A stretch of 64,000 nt of DNA from a virus. Its lineage: Duplodnaviria; Caudoviricetes. A program made the position numbers and the translations under genes. The stretch is taken from positions 5,354 through 69,353 of IMG/VR virus record IMGVR_UViG_3300006139_000013; one strand, given 5' to 3'. Positions 48,833 to 58,597 of the stretch are shown piece after piece. The stretch's first letter is position 1. Each line of letters begins with the position of its first letter. The notes beneath the pieces are model-generated. The model worked only from the letters and a program-made list of their open reading frames with translations. It searched no databases and had not been told where the DNA came from.

Positions 48833-48861
48833 TTGACAAGGACGCTTAAATCTGTTATTAT
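48833..48861 (+). promoter_or_regulatory. promoter of MrpR-like gene
   Basis: TTGACA-17-TATTAT. Confidence 0.7.
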
Positions 48862-48880
48862 ATTAATTGAGGTGATGAAC

Positions 48881-49843
48881 ATGATTGAGCAATCCGTTAT
48901 GGATAGGTATATCGCAGAATCATCCTTAAAAATGACAGAAATGAGCAGGATCAATTTTGAAAATCTCTTGACCAGATTTTTCAATCTGAAACCTTCGGTA
49001 GAATTTGCCGATCTAAGAAAAGCAGATTTGATTGAAATGTATTCTCAGTTGAATCAACATTCTATTGGCGGGTTCATTACACATAAAAGTAAAGTTAATG
49101 ATTTTGCCAAATGGATGTATGAACAAGGTTATGGATCGGCTGAATTGCTGCGTGATATTTCTGATCTAAAGTATTCGGACATAAATCACGATTATCTGTA
49201 TGATATTTACTATTTCAGAGATGTTGAAGAATTATGGAATTCTATGTCGCTGATATTTGAAGATCGAGGAACGGAGTTTGATACATTTAAGGCGGCTGCT
49301 ATAATGGTATGGCTGGGGATTGATTTGAATGATCTGCCAGACATATTAAAAATTGATATAGATGAATCAAGTCAAAGTATTATTCATCCAGTTACAAGAC
49401 AGAAAGTTGAATTACCACCAGTTGATTTGCGTGATAAAATATTTTCCTTTTTGGTTAGCTATCGTGATGCGGATTCATGCGATACAAGAAAATTTGGCGG
49501 CAGAGTTCTTCCTTATATGCAAAGTAAATATTTATTACGAAGCTATAAGAATGCTCATCTTACAGTGATTCAACTAAGGAAAACATCTGATCCAGTAAAT
49601 CAATTAGCAAAAGATCAAGAATCACAAAGAGTTTTTCAATGGAATAAAATTTACTTGTCTGGCCTGTATTATCGTATCAATCAATATGAAAAGCAGCATG
49701 GTTCAATAGAAAATGATATGAGTATGCTAAATGAGTTTTTTACGTGCAATCAGAAAAAAGAAGTTCAAAAAGAAATATCATTTGCCAGAAAGTATAAAGA
49801 ATATCAAGCGTTTATGAATGCGAAAGAAAAAATAAATGTTTGA
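48881..49843 (+). CDS. MrpR/YopR-like repressor with degenerate tyrosine-recombinase fold
   Basis: Integrase SAM-like N-terminus; lacks R-K-HxxR-H-Y set; IYLSGLYY C-terminal segment. Confidence 0.6.
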   Translation: MIEQSVMDRYIAESSLKMTEMSRINFENLLTRFFNLKPSVEFADLRKADLIEMYSQLNQHSIGGFITHKSKVNDFAKWMYEQGYGSAELLRDISDLKYSDINHDYLYDIYYFRDVEELWNSMSLIFEDRGTEFDTFKAAAIMVWLGIDLNDLPDILKIDIDESSQSIIHPVTRQKVELPPVDLRDKIFSFLVSYRDADSCDTRKFGGRVLPYMQSKYLLRSYKNAHLTVIQLRKTSDPVNQLAKDQESQRVFQWNKIYLSGLYYRINQYEKQHGSIENDMSMLNEFFTCNQKKEVQKEISFARKYKEYQAFMNAKEKINV

Positions 49844-49912
49844 ATTCGGGTTTTAAGGGGGCCAACCTCTTAAAACTTACATAAATAACGGTATAATCAA
49901 TAATAATTATAT

Positions 49913-49989
49913 CGCAAAGTAGTTCAATTGGAAGAACGCTCTGGTGATGTGCTGGGGCTATGTTGGTTCGAGTCCAACCTTTGCGAACA
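49913..49989 (+). ncRNA. tRNA-like RNA with non-canonical anticodon arm, no CCA
   Basis: CGCAAAG/CTTTGCG, GTTC/GAAC, GTTGG-TTCGAGT-CCAAC. Confidence 0.7.
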
Positions 49990-50024
49990 TCAAAATTCAA
50001 AAATCAAAAAAGGAGTAATGTAAT

Positions 50025-50672
50025 ATGACTGCTGAAACTATGACCGTACATAAGGCCCTTGCTGAACTGAAGATTCTTGGTGGTCGCATTGAGGGCGCAA
50101 TTCTGAGTGGTGATTTTGTTATCACGAAGAAGAACAACCAAGATACTGTAAAAGGCAAAACGGTAGAGCAGTATAAGGCCAAGGCTACAGAGGCTTTCCA
50201 GAAGGCATCTGATCTGATTCGCCGCCGCAACGCAATTAAGAATGCTGTGGTTGTTTCTAATGCTAAGACTATGGTGAAAATTGGCGACAAGGAGTATACG
50301 GTGGTTGAGGCCATTGAAAAGAAGAATCACGGTATGGACTATTACATTCAGCTTCGTGATATTCTTCGCCAGCAGCTTTCAAAGCAGAAAACCGAACTGG
50401 AGAAGCATAACGCCTCTCTTCAGCAGAAGGCAGAACAATTTGCTGTGGCAATGATGGGCGGCAAAGATGTAAAGGATGTAAAGACCGATAGTGATGAGTA
50501 TGTTGCTTCGATGAATACTTACATCAAGGCAAATACTATGACGCTGCTTGATCCGCTTGGTATCGAAGCAAAGATTGAGGAACTGGATGACATGATTAAC
50601 ACATTCCTGCCCGAAGTGGATGCGGCTCTGTCGGTAAGTAATGCGGTAACTACCATTACTGTCGAATACTAA
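50025..50672 (+). CDS. helical coiled-coil protein, distantly DIP1984/septicolysin-like
   Basis: KALAELK...SNA...TVVEAIEKK...VDAALSVSNAVTTI pattern. Confidence 0.5.
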   Translation: MTAETMTVHKALAELKILGGRIEGAILSGDFVITKKNNQDTVKGKTVEQYKAKATEAFQKASDLIRRRNAIKNAVVVSNAKTMVKIGDKEYTVVEAIEKKNHGMDYYIQLRDILRQQLSKQKTELEKHNASLQQKAEQFAVAMMGGKDVKDVKTDSDEYVASMNTYIKANTMTLLDPLGIEAKIEELDDMINTFLPEVDAALSVSNAVTTITVEY

Positions 50673-50681
50673 AAGCTATCT

Positions 50682-51046
50682 ACTCGCTGCGTAACGAAAA
50701 CTGCAAACCATAACACGCCTGAGTTTAGGTAATGTTCTGAGGTGTAAATTAATAAAAACATTACCGCCTATAAAAAATTACAGTCTCATAAACTGAGAAT
50801 ATACATATCAAAAAAGAATTAATATTATTCAAGTTTCTAATAGTAAATTGGAAATTGTAAATGATGACTGTAAAGTTCAAGGCTGAAAGCTGAAGGTTCA
50901 AACTTCGCAAAGTTCAAAGTTTATGAATCCTTCAAAGCTGAAAGATTAGGCAACAAAGACAAAAGTTTTACAAAATCCTTGGTATATGGTTTTTGGAATT
51001 GTTATGCTTGTCCAGCAGCTAACCACAAGGCTGTTACGTAGCGAGT
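50682..51046 (+). ncRNA. candidate 365-nt structured RNA with heptamer array
   Basis: 14-bp terminal stem, internal hairpins, nine AA(A/G)G(T/C)T(C/G)-like units; no ORF. Confidence 0.7.
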
Positions 51047-51142
51047 CGATATATAGAATGTCTGATAGATACTATCGGGCATTCTGTCCAGAACTTAATA
51101 AAATGAGTTTTGGGTAGAGTGTCCGATGTAAGGAGTGATTAA

Positions 51143-51430
51143 TTGCACAAGAAAGTAATAGCGTTCATTGATAGGTTTACATCTGGCGGCAAATTAAACG
51201 ACACAATTACCACGTTTACACAAGGATGCTGTTATTGGTTTGCGTACATTTTGCACAGCAGATTTTCAAATTCTATTATTATGTATGATCCTTTAGAGAA
51301 TCACTTTGTTGTAGAAATTGAAAAGCGGCTTTACGATATAACAGGGGAAGTCACTGGGCAATACAATGTTGTTCGTTGGAATAAGTACCCTGATAAAAGA
51401 GGCATTATTCGAGACTGTATTAAATTTTAA
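51143..51430 (+). CDS. hypothetical protein
   Basis: GCCYWFA; TTG start after AAGGAG. Confidence 0.65.
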   Translation: MHKKVIAFIDRFTSGGKLNDTITTFTQGCCYWFAYILHSRFSNSIIMYDPLENHFVVEIEKRLYDITGEVTGQYNVVRWNKYPDKRGIIRDCIKF

Positions 51431-51443
51431 AGGAGAATGTAAA

Positions 51444-52226
51444 ATGGAACTTCGTATTGATCAGAGTGTTTTGGATCAGTTTCCCAACCTGAATGTTGCC
51501 AAGGAGGGTAATGATGTAATCACAGTTAAGTTCGGTGATGGCGGCAATTCTGATTTTCTGTTTCCTTTGAATTTCCCGCTGCATAATCTTGATTCTCTTT
51601 CTTGGAGCAGGATTGATGAGATTGGTCGTGCTGGCAAGGCCAAAACCCTCTTTGCGCTGGGTGCTACTAAGAAGGATTACATGAAAAATGGGTTTATTGC
51701 CGAATATCAGATTATAGACTTTGACCATGATGATCTTGCTGATGGTAGCGGCAAGGCTCCTATCAGTTGGGATATGGTTGCGCTTTATAAGGATGAGATT
51801 TATATGAAGCGCAATAGCGAGTCCTCTTGCTGGGATGAGTGCGATGGACGTACATTCCTGAATGGCGAGTTCTATGAGAATATGTCCGATGAACTTCGTG
51901 CTATTGTCAAGCCTGTATGGAAGTTGACCGCTAATAAGAACGGCGAAATTGTTAAGTCCAAGGATTATGTCTGGCTGAAGTCTGAAAAGGAATTGTTTGG
52001 ACGTACAATTTATTCCAATGATGGTGAAGGTCACTGGTATGCGCTGTTTATGCAGGAGGATTTTCCGTGGTTCAAGTTGAACGGCGACAATGAGCGAGAC
52101 TGGCAATGGCTGCGCTCTGTGTATGCTGGCCACACGTACTCTTTTTGCTGTGTCTACACTTCTGGAGCGGCGGGTGACTCCTGCTCTGGCTATTCCAGTG
52201 GGGTCGCCCCGGCCTTCTGTACCTAA
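51444..52226 (+). CDS. DUF6273-like protein with DGR-type variable C-terminus
   Basis: WLKSEKELFG; WQWLRS...GVAPAFC. Confidence 0.7.
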   Translation: MELRIDQSVLDQFPNLNVAKEGNDVITVKFGDGGNSDFLFPLNFPLHNLDSLSWSRIDEIGRAGKAKTLFALGATKKDYMKNGFIAEYQIIDFDHDDLADGSGKAPISWDMVALYKDEIYMKRNSESSCWDECDGRTFLNGEFYENMSDELRAIVKPVWKLTANKNGEIVKSKDYVWLKSEKELFGRTIYSNDGEGHWYALFMQEDFPWFKLNGDNERDWQWLRSVYAGHTYSFCCVYTSGAAGDSCSGYSSGVAPAFCT

Positions 52227-52234
52227 GTTTATCG

Positions 52235-52291
52235 GTTTATCACCATTATCTTGTCTAAGGCGAAAGCCGGGACAGATAATGAGTGATAAAC
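52235..52291 (+). other. long hairpin with GAAA tetraloop (DGR cruciform-like)
   Basis: GTTTATCAC-CATTATCT...GGC-GAAA-GCC...AGATAATG-A-GTGATAAAC. Confidence 0.7.
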
Positions 52292-52324
52292 ATTCAAACC
52301 AAGTAGAACGAAAGGAAGGTATAA

Positions 52325-54511
52325 ATGAGGGTTTTACTTTTGCTCCGTGGCTCTGCTGGAGTGGGTAAGTCCACTTATATTAAGGAACATGATCTGGAGC
52401 AGTATGCGCTTTCTGCCGACAATATCCGTTTGATGTGCCAATCACCCGTTTTGCAAACAGATGGATCGGTAGCAATTAGTCAGACAAATGAAAAGCTGGT
52501 ATGGAATCTTATGTTCCAGATGCTTGAGGCCAGAATGCAGCGTGGCGAATTTGTGGTGATTGATGCAACCAATTCTAAGACGCAGGACATTAATAGATAT
52601 AAAGATATGGCAAAGACGTATCGGTATCGTATGTACTGCGTTGATATGACAGGAGTACCCATTGACGAATGTAAGCGGCGTAACAAACTCAGACCGCCTT
52701 ACAAACAGGTTCCAGATGAAGTAATCGAAAAGATGTATTCCAGATTTGAGACACAGCAAGTTCCAACTGGCGTGACTGTGATTCAGCCTGACGAACTGGA
52801 TACTATCTGGTATAAACCTGCTAATTTTGATCGCTACAAGCGGATTCATCATATCGGTGATATTCATGGTTGTAATACTGTCCTGCAAGAGTATCTGAAA
52901 GATGGTATGCACGATGATGAACTGTATATTTTCTGCGGCGATTATATTGATCGTGGTATCGAAAATGTTGAAGTTATTAAGTTCCTTTTCAATATCATGG
53001 ATAAGCCGAATGTGATTCTGCTGGAGGGCAATCATGAACGCTGGCTTTGGTATTGGGCGCATGGTGGCACATCTCAGTCTAAAGAATTTGAGAATGTAAC
53101 ACGGCGGCAGCTTGAAGCTGGGGGGTTGGATACTAAGGTTGCTCGAATGTTGTATCGTAAACTTAATCAGTGTGTGTATTATAGGTTTGGTGAAAAGACT
53201 GTGCTTGTTACTCATGCTGGTTTGAGTTTGATTCCTGATAATCTGACTAAGGTTGCATCTGAACAGATGATCCGTGGTGTTGGTCGATATGGCGACTATC
53301 TTGATGTAGCAGCTACTTTCGATCAGACAATGCCTGAAAATACATATCAAATCTTTGGTCATCGTAATACCGAAGATTCTCCCATTGCAATGTCAGATCG
53401 GTGTTTTAATCTGGAGGGAGCGATTGAACAGGGCGGTTGCCTAAGAGCCGTTGTTTTGGATGCAGATGGGTTCCATCCTGTTATGATCCAGAATACCGTA
53501 TTTCGCCAGCGAGAGGAAGTTGCTCCTGTTGGATATACCGCAGAAGAAAAGAGCGTAATGGATGTTGTCGATAAGCTGCGGCAAAATCGCTACATCTATG
53601 AAAAACAGCTTGGTAACATTTCATCCTTTAACTTTACTCGTGATGCTTTTTATGATAAGAAATGGAATGAACAGACTACTAAAGCACGTGGCCTGTTTAT
53701 TGATACCGCTAATGGCATAGTGGTAGCACGTTCTTATCCTAAGTTCTTCAATGTTAATGAGCGTCCTGAAACCAGATTCGGTATGCTCCAGTATAAGTTG
53801 AAGTTCCCTGTAACGGTTTACGTAAAGGAAAATGGATTCCTTGGTATGGTATCTTATAATCCTGAAACGGACGATTTCTTCATTGCAAGCAAGTCAACAA
53901 CAGAGGGTGATTTTGCGGGTTGGTTGCGGGATATGTTCTTTAAGAATGTAAAAAATCCTGATAAACTGAAAGATTATCTGAAGCGCAAGAATGTAACCCT
54001 TGTGTTTGAATGCGTGGATATGGCTAATGATCCGCATATCATTAAGTATGATACTTCTCATCTGTTTTTGTTGGATGTAGTCAAGAATCAGCTTGATTTT
54101 GAAAAGTTGCCATATACTCAAGTTGTTGAACTTGGCAATGAATACGGGTTTGAAGTTAAGACAAGGGCAGTTCAGCTTCAAAATTGGCATGAGTTCCGTG
54201 ATTGGTATAATGATGTACTTGCAGAGGATTATCAGTTCAACGGGCGTATCATTGAAGGCTTTGTAGTAGAAGATAGTGTTGGCTTTATGGTAAAGATTAA
54301 ACTTGACTATTACAAGCTATGGAAACATATGCGTGGCGTTGCACAATCTGTTTTTAGAAGCGGTTACTATCGGCGTATGGGTTCGTTGCTCACACCGCTC
54401 CAAAATCAGTTTTATGGGTTCTGTCAGGAAATTGCAAAGCAAGAAGATCATCCTACTAATATTATTGAACTGCGAGATATTTTTATGTCTCAATATAACC
54501 CAAGCAAATAA
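52325..54511 (+). CDS. polynucleotide kinase / phosphatase / RNA ligase fusion
   Basis: GSAGVGKST; IGDIHG, GDYIDRG, GNHE; KENGFLG and EGFV ligase motifs. Confidence 0.92.
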   Translation: MRVLLLLRGSAGVGKSTYIKEHDLEQYALSADNIRLMCQSPVLQTDGSVAISQTNEKLVWNLMFQMLEARMQRGEFVVIDATNSKTQDINRYKDMAKTYRYRMYCVDMTGVPIDECKRRNKLRPPYKQVPDEVIEKMYSRFETQQVPTGVTVIQPDELDTIWYKPANFDRYKRIHHIGDIHGCNTVLQEYLKDGMHDDELYIFCGDYIDRGIENVEVIKFLFNIMDKPNVILLEGNHERWLWYWAHGGTSQSKEFENVTRRQLEAGGLDTKVARMLYRKLNQCVYYRFGEKTVLVTHAGLSLIPDNLTKVASEQMIRGVGRYGDYLDVAATFDQTMPENTYQIFGHRNTEDSPIAMSDRCFNLEGAIEQGGCLRAVVLDADGFHPVMIQNTVFRQREEVAPVGYTAEEKSVMDVVDKLRQNRYIYEKQLGNISSFNFTRDAFYDKKWNEQTTKARGLFIDTANGIVVARSYPKFFNVNERPETRFGMLQYKLKFPVTVYVKENGFLGMVSYNPETDDFFIASKSTTEGDFAGWLRDMFFKNVKNPDKLKDYLKRKNVTLVFECVDMANDPHIIKYDTSHLFLLDVVKNQLDFEKLPYTQVVELGNEYGFEVKTRAVQLQNWHEFRDWYNDVLAEDYQFNGRIIEGFVVEDSVGFMVKIKLDYYKLWKHMRGVAQSVFRSGYYRRMGSLLTPLQNQFYGFCQEIAKQEDHPTNIIELRDIFMSQYNPSK

Positions 54512-54539
54512 CGATATAATCAATAAGGAGTGATGAATT

Positions 54540-55042
54540 ATAAATCCAGTGTTGTTAAGTACAGGAAATAATAATTGGTCTACTCCCCAATGGTTCTTTA
54601 ATCGTCTGAATTCAATCTTTGGTTTTACCCTTGATCCATGTGCAGATGATACTAACCACAAATGCGAACAGTATTACACTGTAGAAGATAATGGCCTTAC
54701 GAAAAATTGGGGGGGCAAACAGTTTTTTGTAATCCTCCGTATGGTCGTAGAACAAAGGATAATCCGGGTCAAGAAGATTGGATTGAAAAATGCTGGAAGG
54801 AATGTAAAGAGCATCATATTACAAGTGTGATGCTCATTCCTGCCAGAACAGATACAAAGTCTCAGCATACGTATATTTTCCCAAATGCTAAGTATGTTTG
54901 CTTTGTAAAAGGACGATTGAAGTTTGGGGACAAGGATGCAGCACCATTTCCAAGTGAAGTTGTTGTTTTTACAGAGCAAGATTATGATGATGAGATCAAA
55001 ACTTTATCAGACTTAGGATTTTGGATTAAATTGAAAGAGTAG
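54540..55042 (+). CDS. phage N6-adenine methyltransferase (PF05869-like), frameshifted at G7
   Basis: WSTPQ, LDPCA, then NPPYG in another frame; junction 54709-54715. Confidence 0.85.
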
Positions 55043-55051
55043 GTGATAAGT

Positions 55052-55813
55052 ATAAAATATGTTGGCAGCAAATCACGAATTGCCAAGCATATTGTTCCAA
55101 TTATTCAATCATATATAGATCAAACAAATGCCAGTTTCTATTTAGAACCTTTTGTTGGGGGGGCAAACGTAATTGATAAAATCTCTTGTGACAAAAAGAT
55201 TGGATATGACATAAATCATTATTTAATTGAACTGTTTAAACATAGAGATTTGATTTGTAAATTGCCCGATGAAATTACAAAAGAGGAATATGATGCAGTA
55301 CGAAAATCTTTTCAAACTGGAGATGGTAAATATCCAGATTGGTATATTGGTGCAGTAGGATTTCTTGCATCTTATAACGGAAAGTTCTTTGGCGGTAGGG
55401 CTGGCATTGTTAAAACAAAAATTGGGACAATACGTAATTATTATGATGAAGCAAAGCGTAACCTTTTATCGCAACTTCCGCAGTTGAATGATGTGATATT
55501 TGGTGAGTCCGATTATAGGCAGCTTGATATGTCACAGTTTAAACATGGTGTTATTTATTGTGATATTCCTTACAAAAATACGACAGGGTATCAAGATAGC
55601 TTTAATCACGTTGAGTTTTGGCAATGGGCTGAAGAATGTTCCAAAGAAAACATAGTTTTGGTATCAGAACAAGTTGCTCCTGATGAGTGGAGGTCTGTAT
55701 GGGCAAAACCAGTAAAAAGAACGCTGGACAATGCTTCACGGATCGACATTACAGAACAACTATACATATTTTCAAATAACGGTATAATCAACACAGAAAG
55801 GACGATGTTATGA
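55052..55813 (+). CDS. D12-class (Dam-like) adenine methyltransferase
   Basis: KYVGSK; EPFVGG; YCDIPY; ATA or GTG start. Confidence 0.88.
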   Translation: MKYVGSKSRIAKHIVPIIQSYIDQTNASFYLEPFVGGANVIDKISCDKKIGYDINHYLIELFKHRDLICKLPDEITKEEYDAVRKSFQTGDGKYPDWYIGAVGFLASYNGKFFGGRAGIVKTKIGTIRNYYDEAKRNLLSQLPQLNDVIFGESDYRQLDMSQFKHGVIYCDIPYKNTTGYQDSFNHVEFWQWAEECSKENIVLVSEQVAPDEWRSVWAKPVKRTLDNASRIDITEQLYIFSNNGIINTERTML

Positions 55814-55936
55814 CTTCTACACTTCGCATTAAGAATTTGGCAATTCTTGTTATTTGTGCTGCTATTGTAGCCTGTGTGCTGGCCTGTTGCTCACCTCATC
55901 CTGAACTTGTTCCAGTATTTTAGTATGGAGGCTGGC

Positions 55937-56669
55937 ATGAACAAAATTTCCCAAACTTGGGGGGCAAGCAGAACCATTTGAAAACGGTAAGCTGAGAGAC
56001 AATGTTATTTTCAATGCTGATTGTATTGATGGTATGTCGCATATGCCAGCTAAATCAGTAGATTTGATTGTAACTGATCCTCCGTACCTCATTAACTATA
56101 AAAGTAATCGGCGTGTAGTCAAAGAAAAATTTGATAGAATTCAGAATGATAAAAATGCAGAGCGGATCATTCAGGATGCGTTAAGTGAATATTATCGTAT
56201 TCTCAAAGATGATTCTGCGATCTATATGTTTTGTAGTTGGCATCATATTGAATTCTTTAAGACGGAATTTGAGAAGTATTTCAATCTAAAAAATATTTTG
56301 ATATGGAACAAAAACAATCATGGTAGCGGCGATTTGCGTGGATCGTATGCGCCAAAGTATGAAATGGTTTTATTCGGTCATAAGGGCAGAGCATTGTTCC
56401 AAGAGAAGCGAGTAGCCGATGTTATTGATTGTGCAAAGGTTTCTTCCTCAAAGCTGGTGCATCCAACTGAAAAGCCAACAGATTTGTTGGAGTTGTTTAT
56501 CAAAAACAATAGTAAACCGAATGATATTGTTTTTGATGGATTCATTGGCGGCGGTTCAACTGCATTAGCAGCATTACATACAGGGCGAAAATTTATCGGC
56601 TATGAATTGGATGAGAAATATTATCAGATTGCTTGTCAGCGAGTAGATCAAGAAATGAAAGGGTGTTGA
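55937..56669 (+). CDS. N4/N6 DNA methyltransferase, N-terminus frameshifted at G6
   Basis: TDPPY; HPTEKP; DGFIGGGST; RBS-linked ATG 55937 out of frame by G6 at 55959-55964. Confidence 0.85.
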
Positions 56670-56670
56670 A

Positions 56671-57964
56671 ATGCAACCTGTTTATCCTGAGTTTATTAAG
56701 TTCTTAGATAGTCATGGTTGCGATACAAGTTGGTATCAGGAAGGTATATTCTGGTTAGACAACAATATTATCAAAGCCTTTATAGTGGGGGGGGGGGCAA
56801 ATCGTTTGTCTATTTAGAATTACTGTTGATGATAATTTGAATTTATCCTTGAAGAAACATAGAACAAATAAAGGATATGCAGAGTTTGAGTCGTGGAATG
56901 AAACCATTTGTCGCAATCAAGAGCATTTGAAAGAAATCGAGCATGAGAGTCTTTCATTATTACAAGAGCATTGTATAAGTGCAGATAGAAAGATTGTCAA
57001 TACAAATTCCACTGGCAAGGACAGTATGGTAGTACACCATTTGGTAAAGAAGGCTGGTGTAAGTTGCGAGACTTATTTCAATGTTACAACACTTGATGTA
57101 GCAGAAAGCAATCAAATGGCAAAAAGAAATGGTTTCAAGCATATTTATCCTGATCCGCAGCATGGAGGTTTTTACAAGTATGTTCATGATAGTGGGATTA
57201 TTCCAACAAGATTTGCACGATTTTGTTGTACATACTTTAAAGAAAAACCAACCGTAGATTATTTCCCCGCAGATGATAAATTGTTATTCCTATTCGGTAT
57301 CCGTAATGAGGAAAGCAGCCAGCGGTCAAATTATGATGACGTTACTAAAAATCCTATGTGGGGTGATCGAGATTGGATTGGTGTTCTTCCTATTCGTAAG
57401 TGGACTGAGTTAGACATTTGGCTTTATATACTTTCCGAAGGCATTGAGGTCAATCCAAAATATAAATATGGCTACACAAGAGTTGGTTGCGGTATTGCCT
57501 GTCCTTACTACACGAAATACACTTGGGTTCTTGATAAGTTTTGGTATCCATATCTTTATAATCGCTGGAGAGATATTCTAAAGCAAGACTTTATAGAGAA
57601 AAACAAGTGGCTCATTATGAACTGCACTATTGATGAGTATATCATTAAAGCATGGACTGGTGGAGTATATCGTAAAGAGCCAACAGATGAAGTTGTTCAA
57701 GAATACGCAAAGTATACTGGGTTAGATGAAGATGTGGCAAAGAAGTATTTTAACAGATATTGTGAAAATGGATGTTTGAATACCAGAGGCCAACCGCTCA
57801 AACTTAAAGATAAGAATACTCTTGCAATGAATATGAAAATATTTGGTAGAGATATTCAGAAGTTCAAATGCAAAAAATGCTTAATAAAAGAATTTGGTTG
57901 GAGCAAAGAACAATGGGATCAGCAAGTACAAAGTTTTAAAGAACAAGGTTGTAAATTATTTTGA
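56671..57964 (+). CDS. PAPS reductase-family protein, frameshifted at G11
   Basis: STGKDS PP-loop; RFCC; GIRNEES; RVGCGIACP; junction 56787-56797. Confidence 0.85.
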
Positions 57965-57974
57965 CGGAGGTTGT

Positions 57975-58181
57975 ATGTTCGGCAAGAAACAGCGGCAGAT
58001 TTTTGAATTACAAAATCGTGTTAGAGAGTTAGAAAATATTCTTTGTCCGTTTAATCAGCATGATTTTGTTGAAATAAATAGAGTATATGATGGCGGTGAT
58101 CCGATTTATTCAGGAGAAGAATGGATTGTATCATGTGAATGCAAAAGGTGTCATAAAAAGATTGTTAAAACAGAAATTTAA
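57975..58181 (+). CDS. hypothetical protein
   Basis: GGAGG RBS; Cys motifs. Confidence 0.6.
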   Translation: MFGKKQRQIFELQNRVRELENILCPFNQHDFVEINRVYDGGDPIYSGEEWIVSCECKRCHKKIVKTEI

Positions 58182-58192
58182 GGAGTGATGTA

Positions 58193-58594
58193 ATGAAAAT
58201 TTATTATGCTCATCACGTTTGGAAGTATGGTACGCCGATTGAGGATTATGAACTTGAATGTATCGAAAAGAAATTCGATTCTGCCGAGATTATCAATCCT
58301 CGTACATCATTGCCACAAGATAGGCCGGAGTCGGTAATTTTGCAATCAGCATACGATACAATTAAGGGCTGTGATGCGCTGGTATTTTCAACGGTGTCTG
58401 GCATGATTGGGCATGGAGTTTTTAATGAGATTACTGTAGCTGTTAATCATGGTATTCCGATTTATCAGCTTGAAGGTAATGATTGCTATAAAATTGCTAA
58501 TGCAGATTTAAAGGATATTATCTTTCGTGGTGATAATCGAGTTTACGCACTTGTTCATACCCCGCACGAATATCAGGAGAATACGGATTGGTGA
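58193..58594 (+). CDS. nucleoside 2-deoxyribosyltransferase-like protein
   Basis: IYYAH; IINP; CDALVF...GVFNEI pattern. Confidence 0.5.
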   Translation: MKIYYAHHVWKYGTPIEDYELECIEKKFDSAEIINPRTSLPQDRPESVILQSAYDTIKGCDALVFSTVSGMIGHGVFNEITVAVNHGIPIYQLEGNDCYKIANADLKDIIFRGDNRVYALVHTPHEYQENTDW

Positions 58595-58597
58595 ACA

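Noticed and set aside
50872-50947. CRISPR array or coding microsatellite
   Set aside because: Units are 7 nt, degenerate and without spacers; no cas genes; no ORF.
32540-53126. G6 tracts at about 32540 and 53120, and G7 at 29549 and 48442, as phase switches
   Set aside because: In frame or serving as RBS, isolated and outside the modification cluster.
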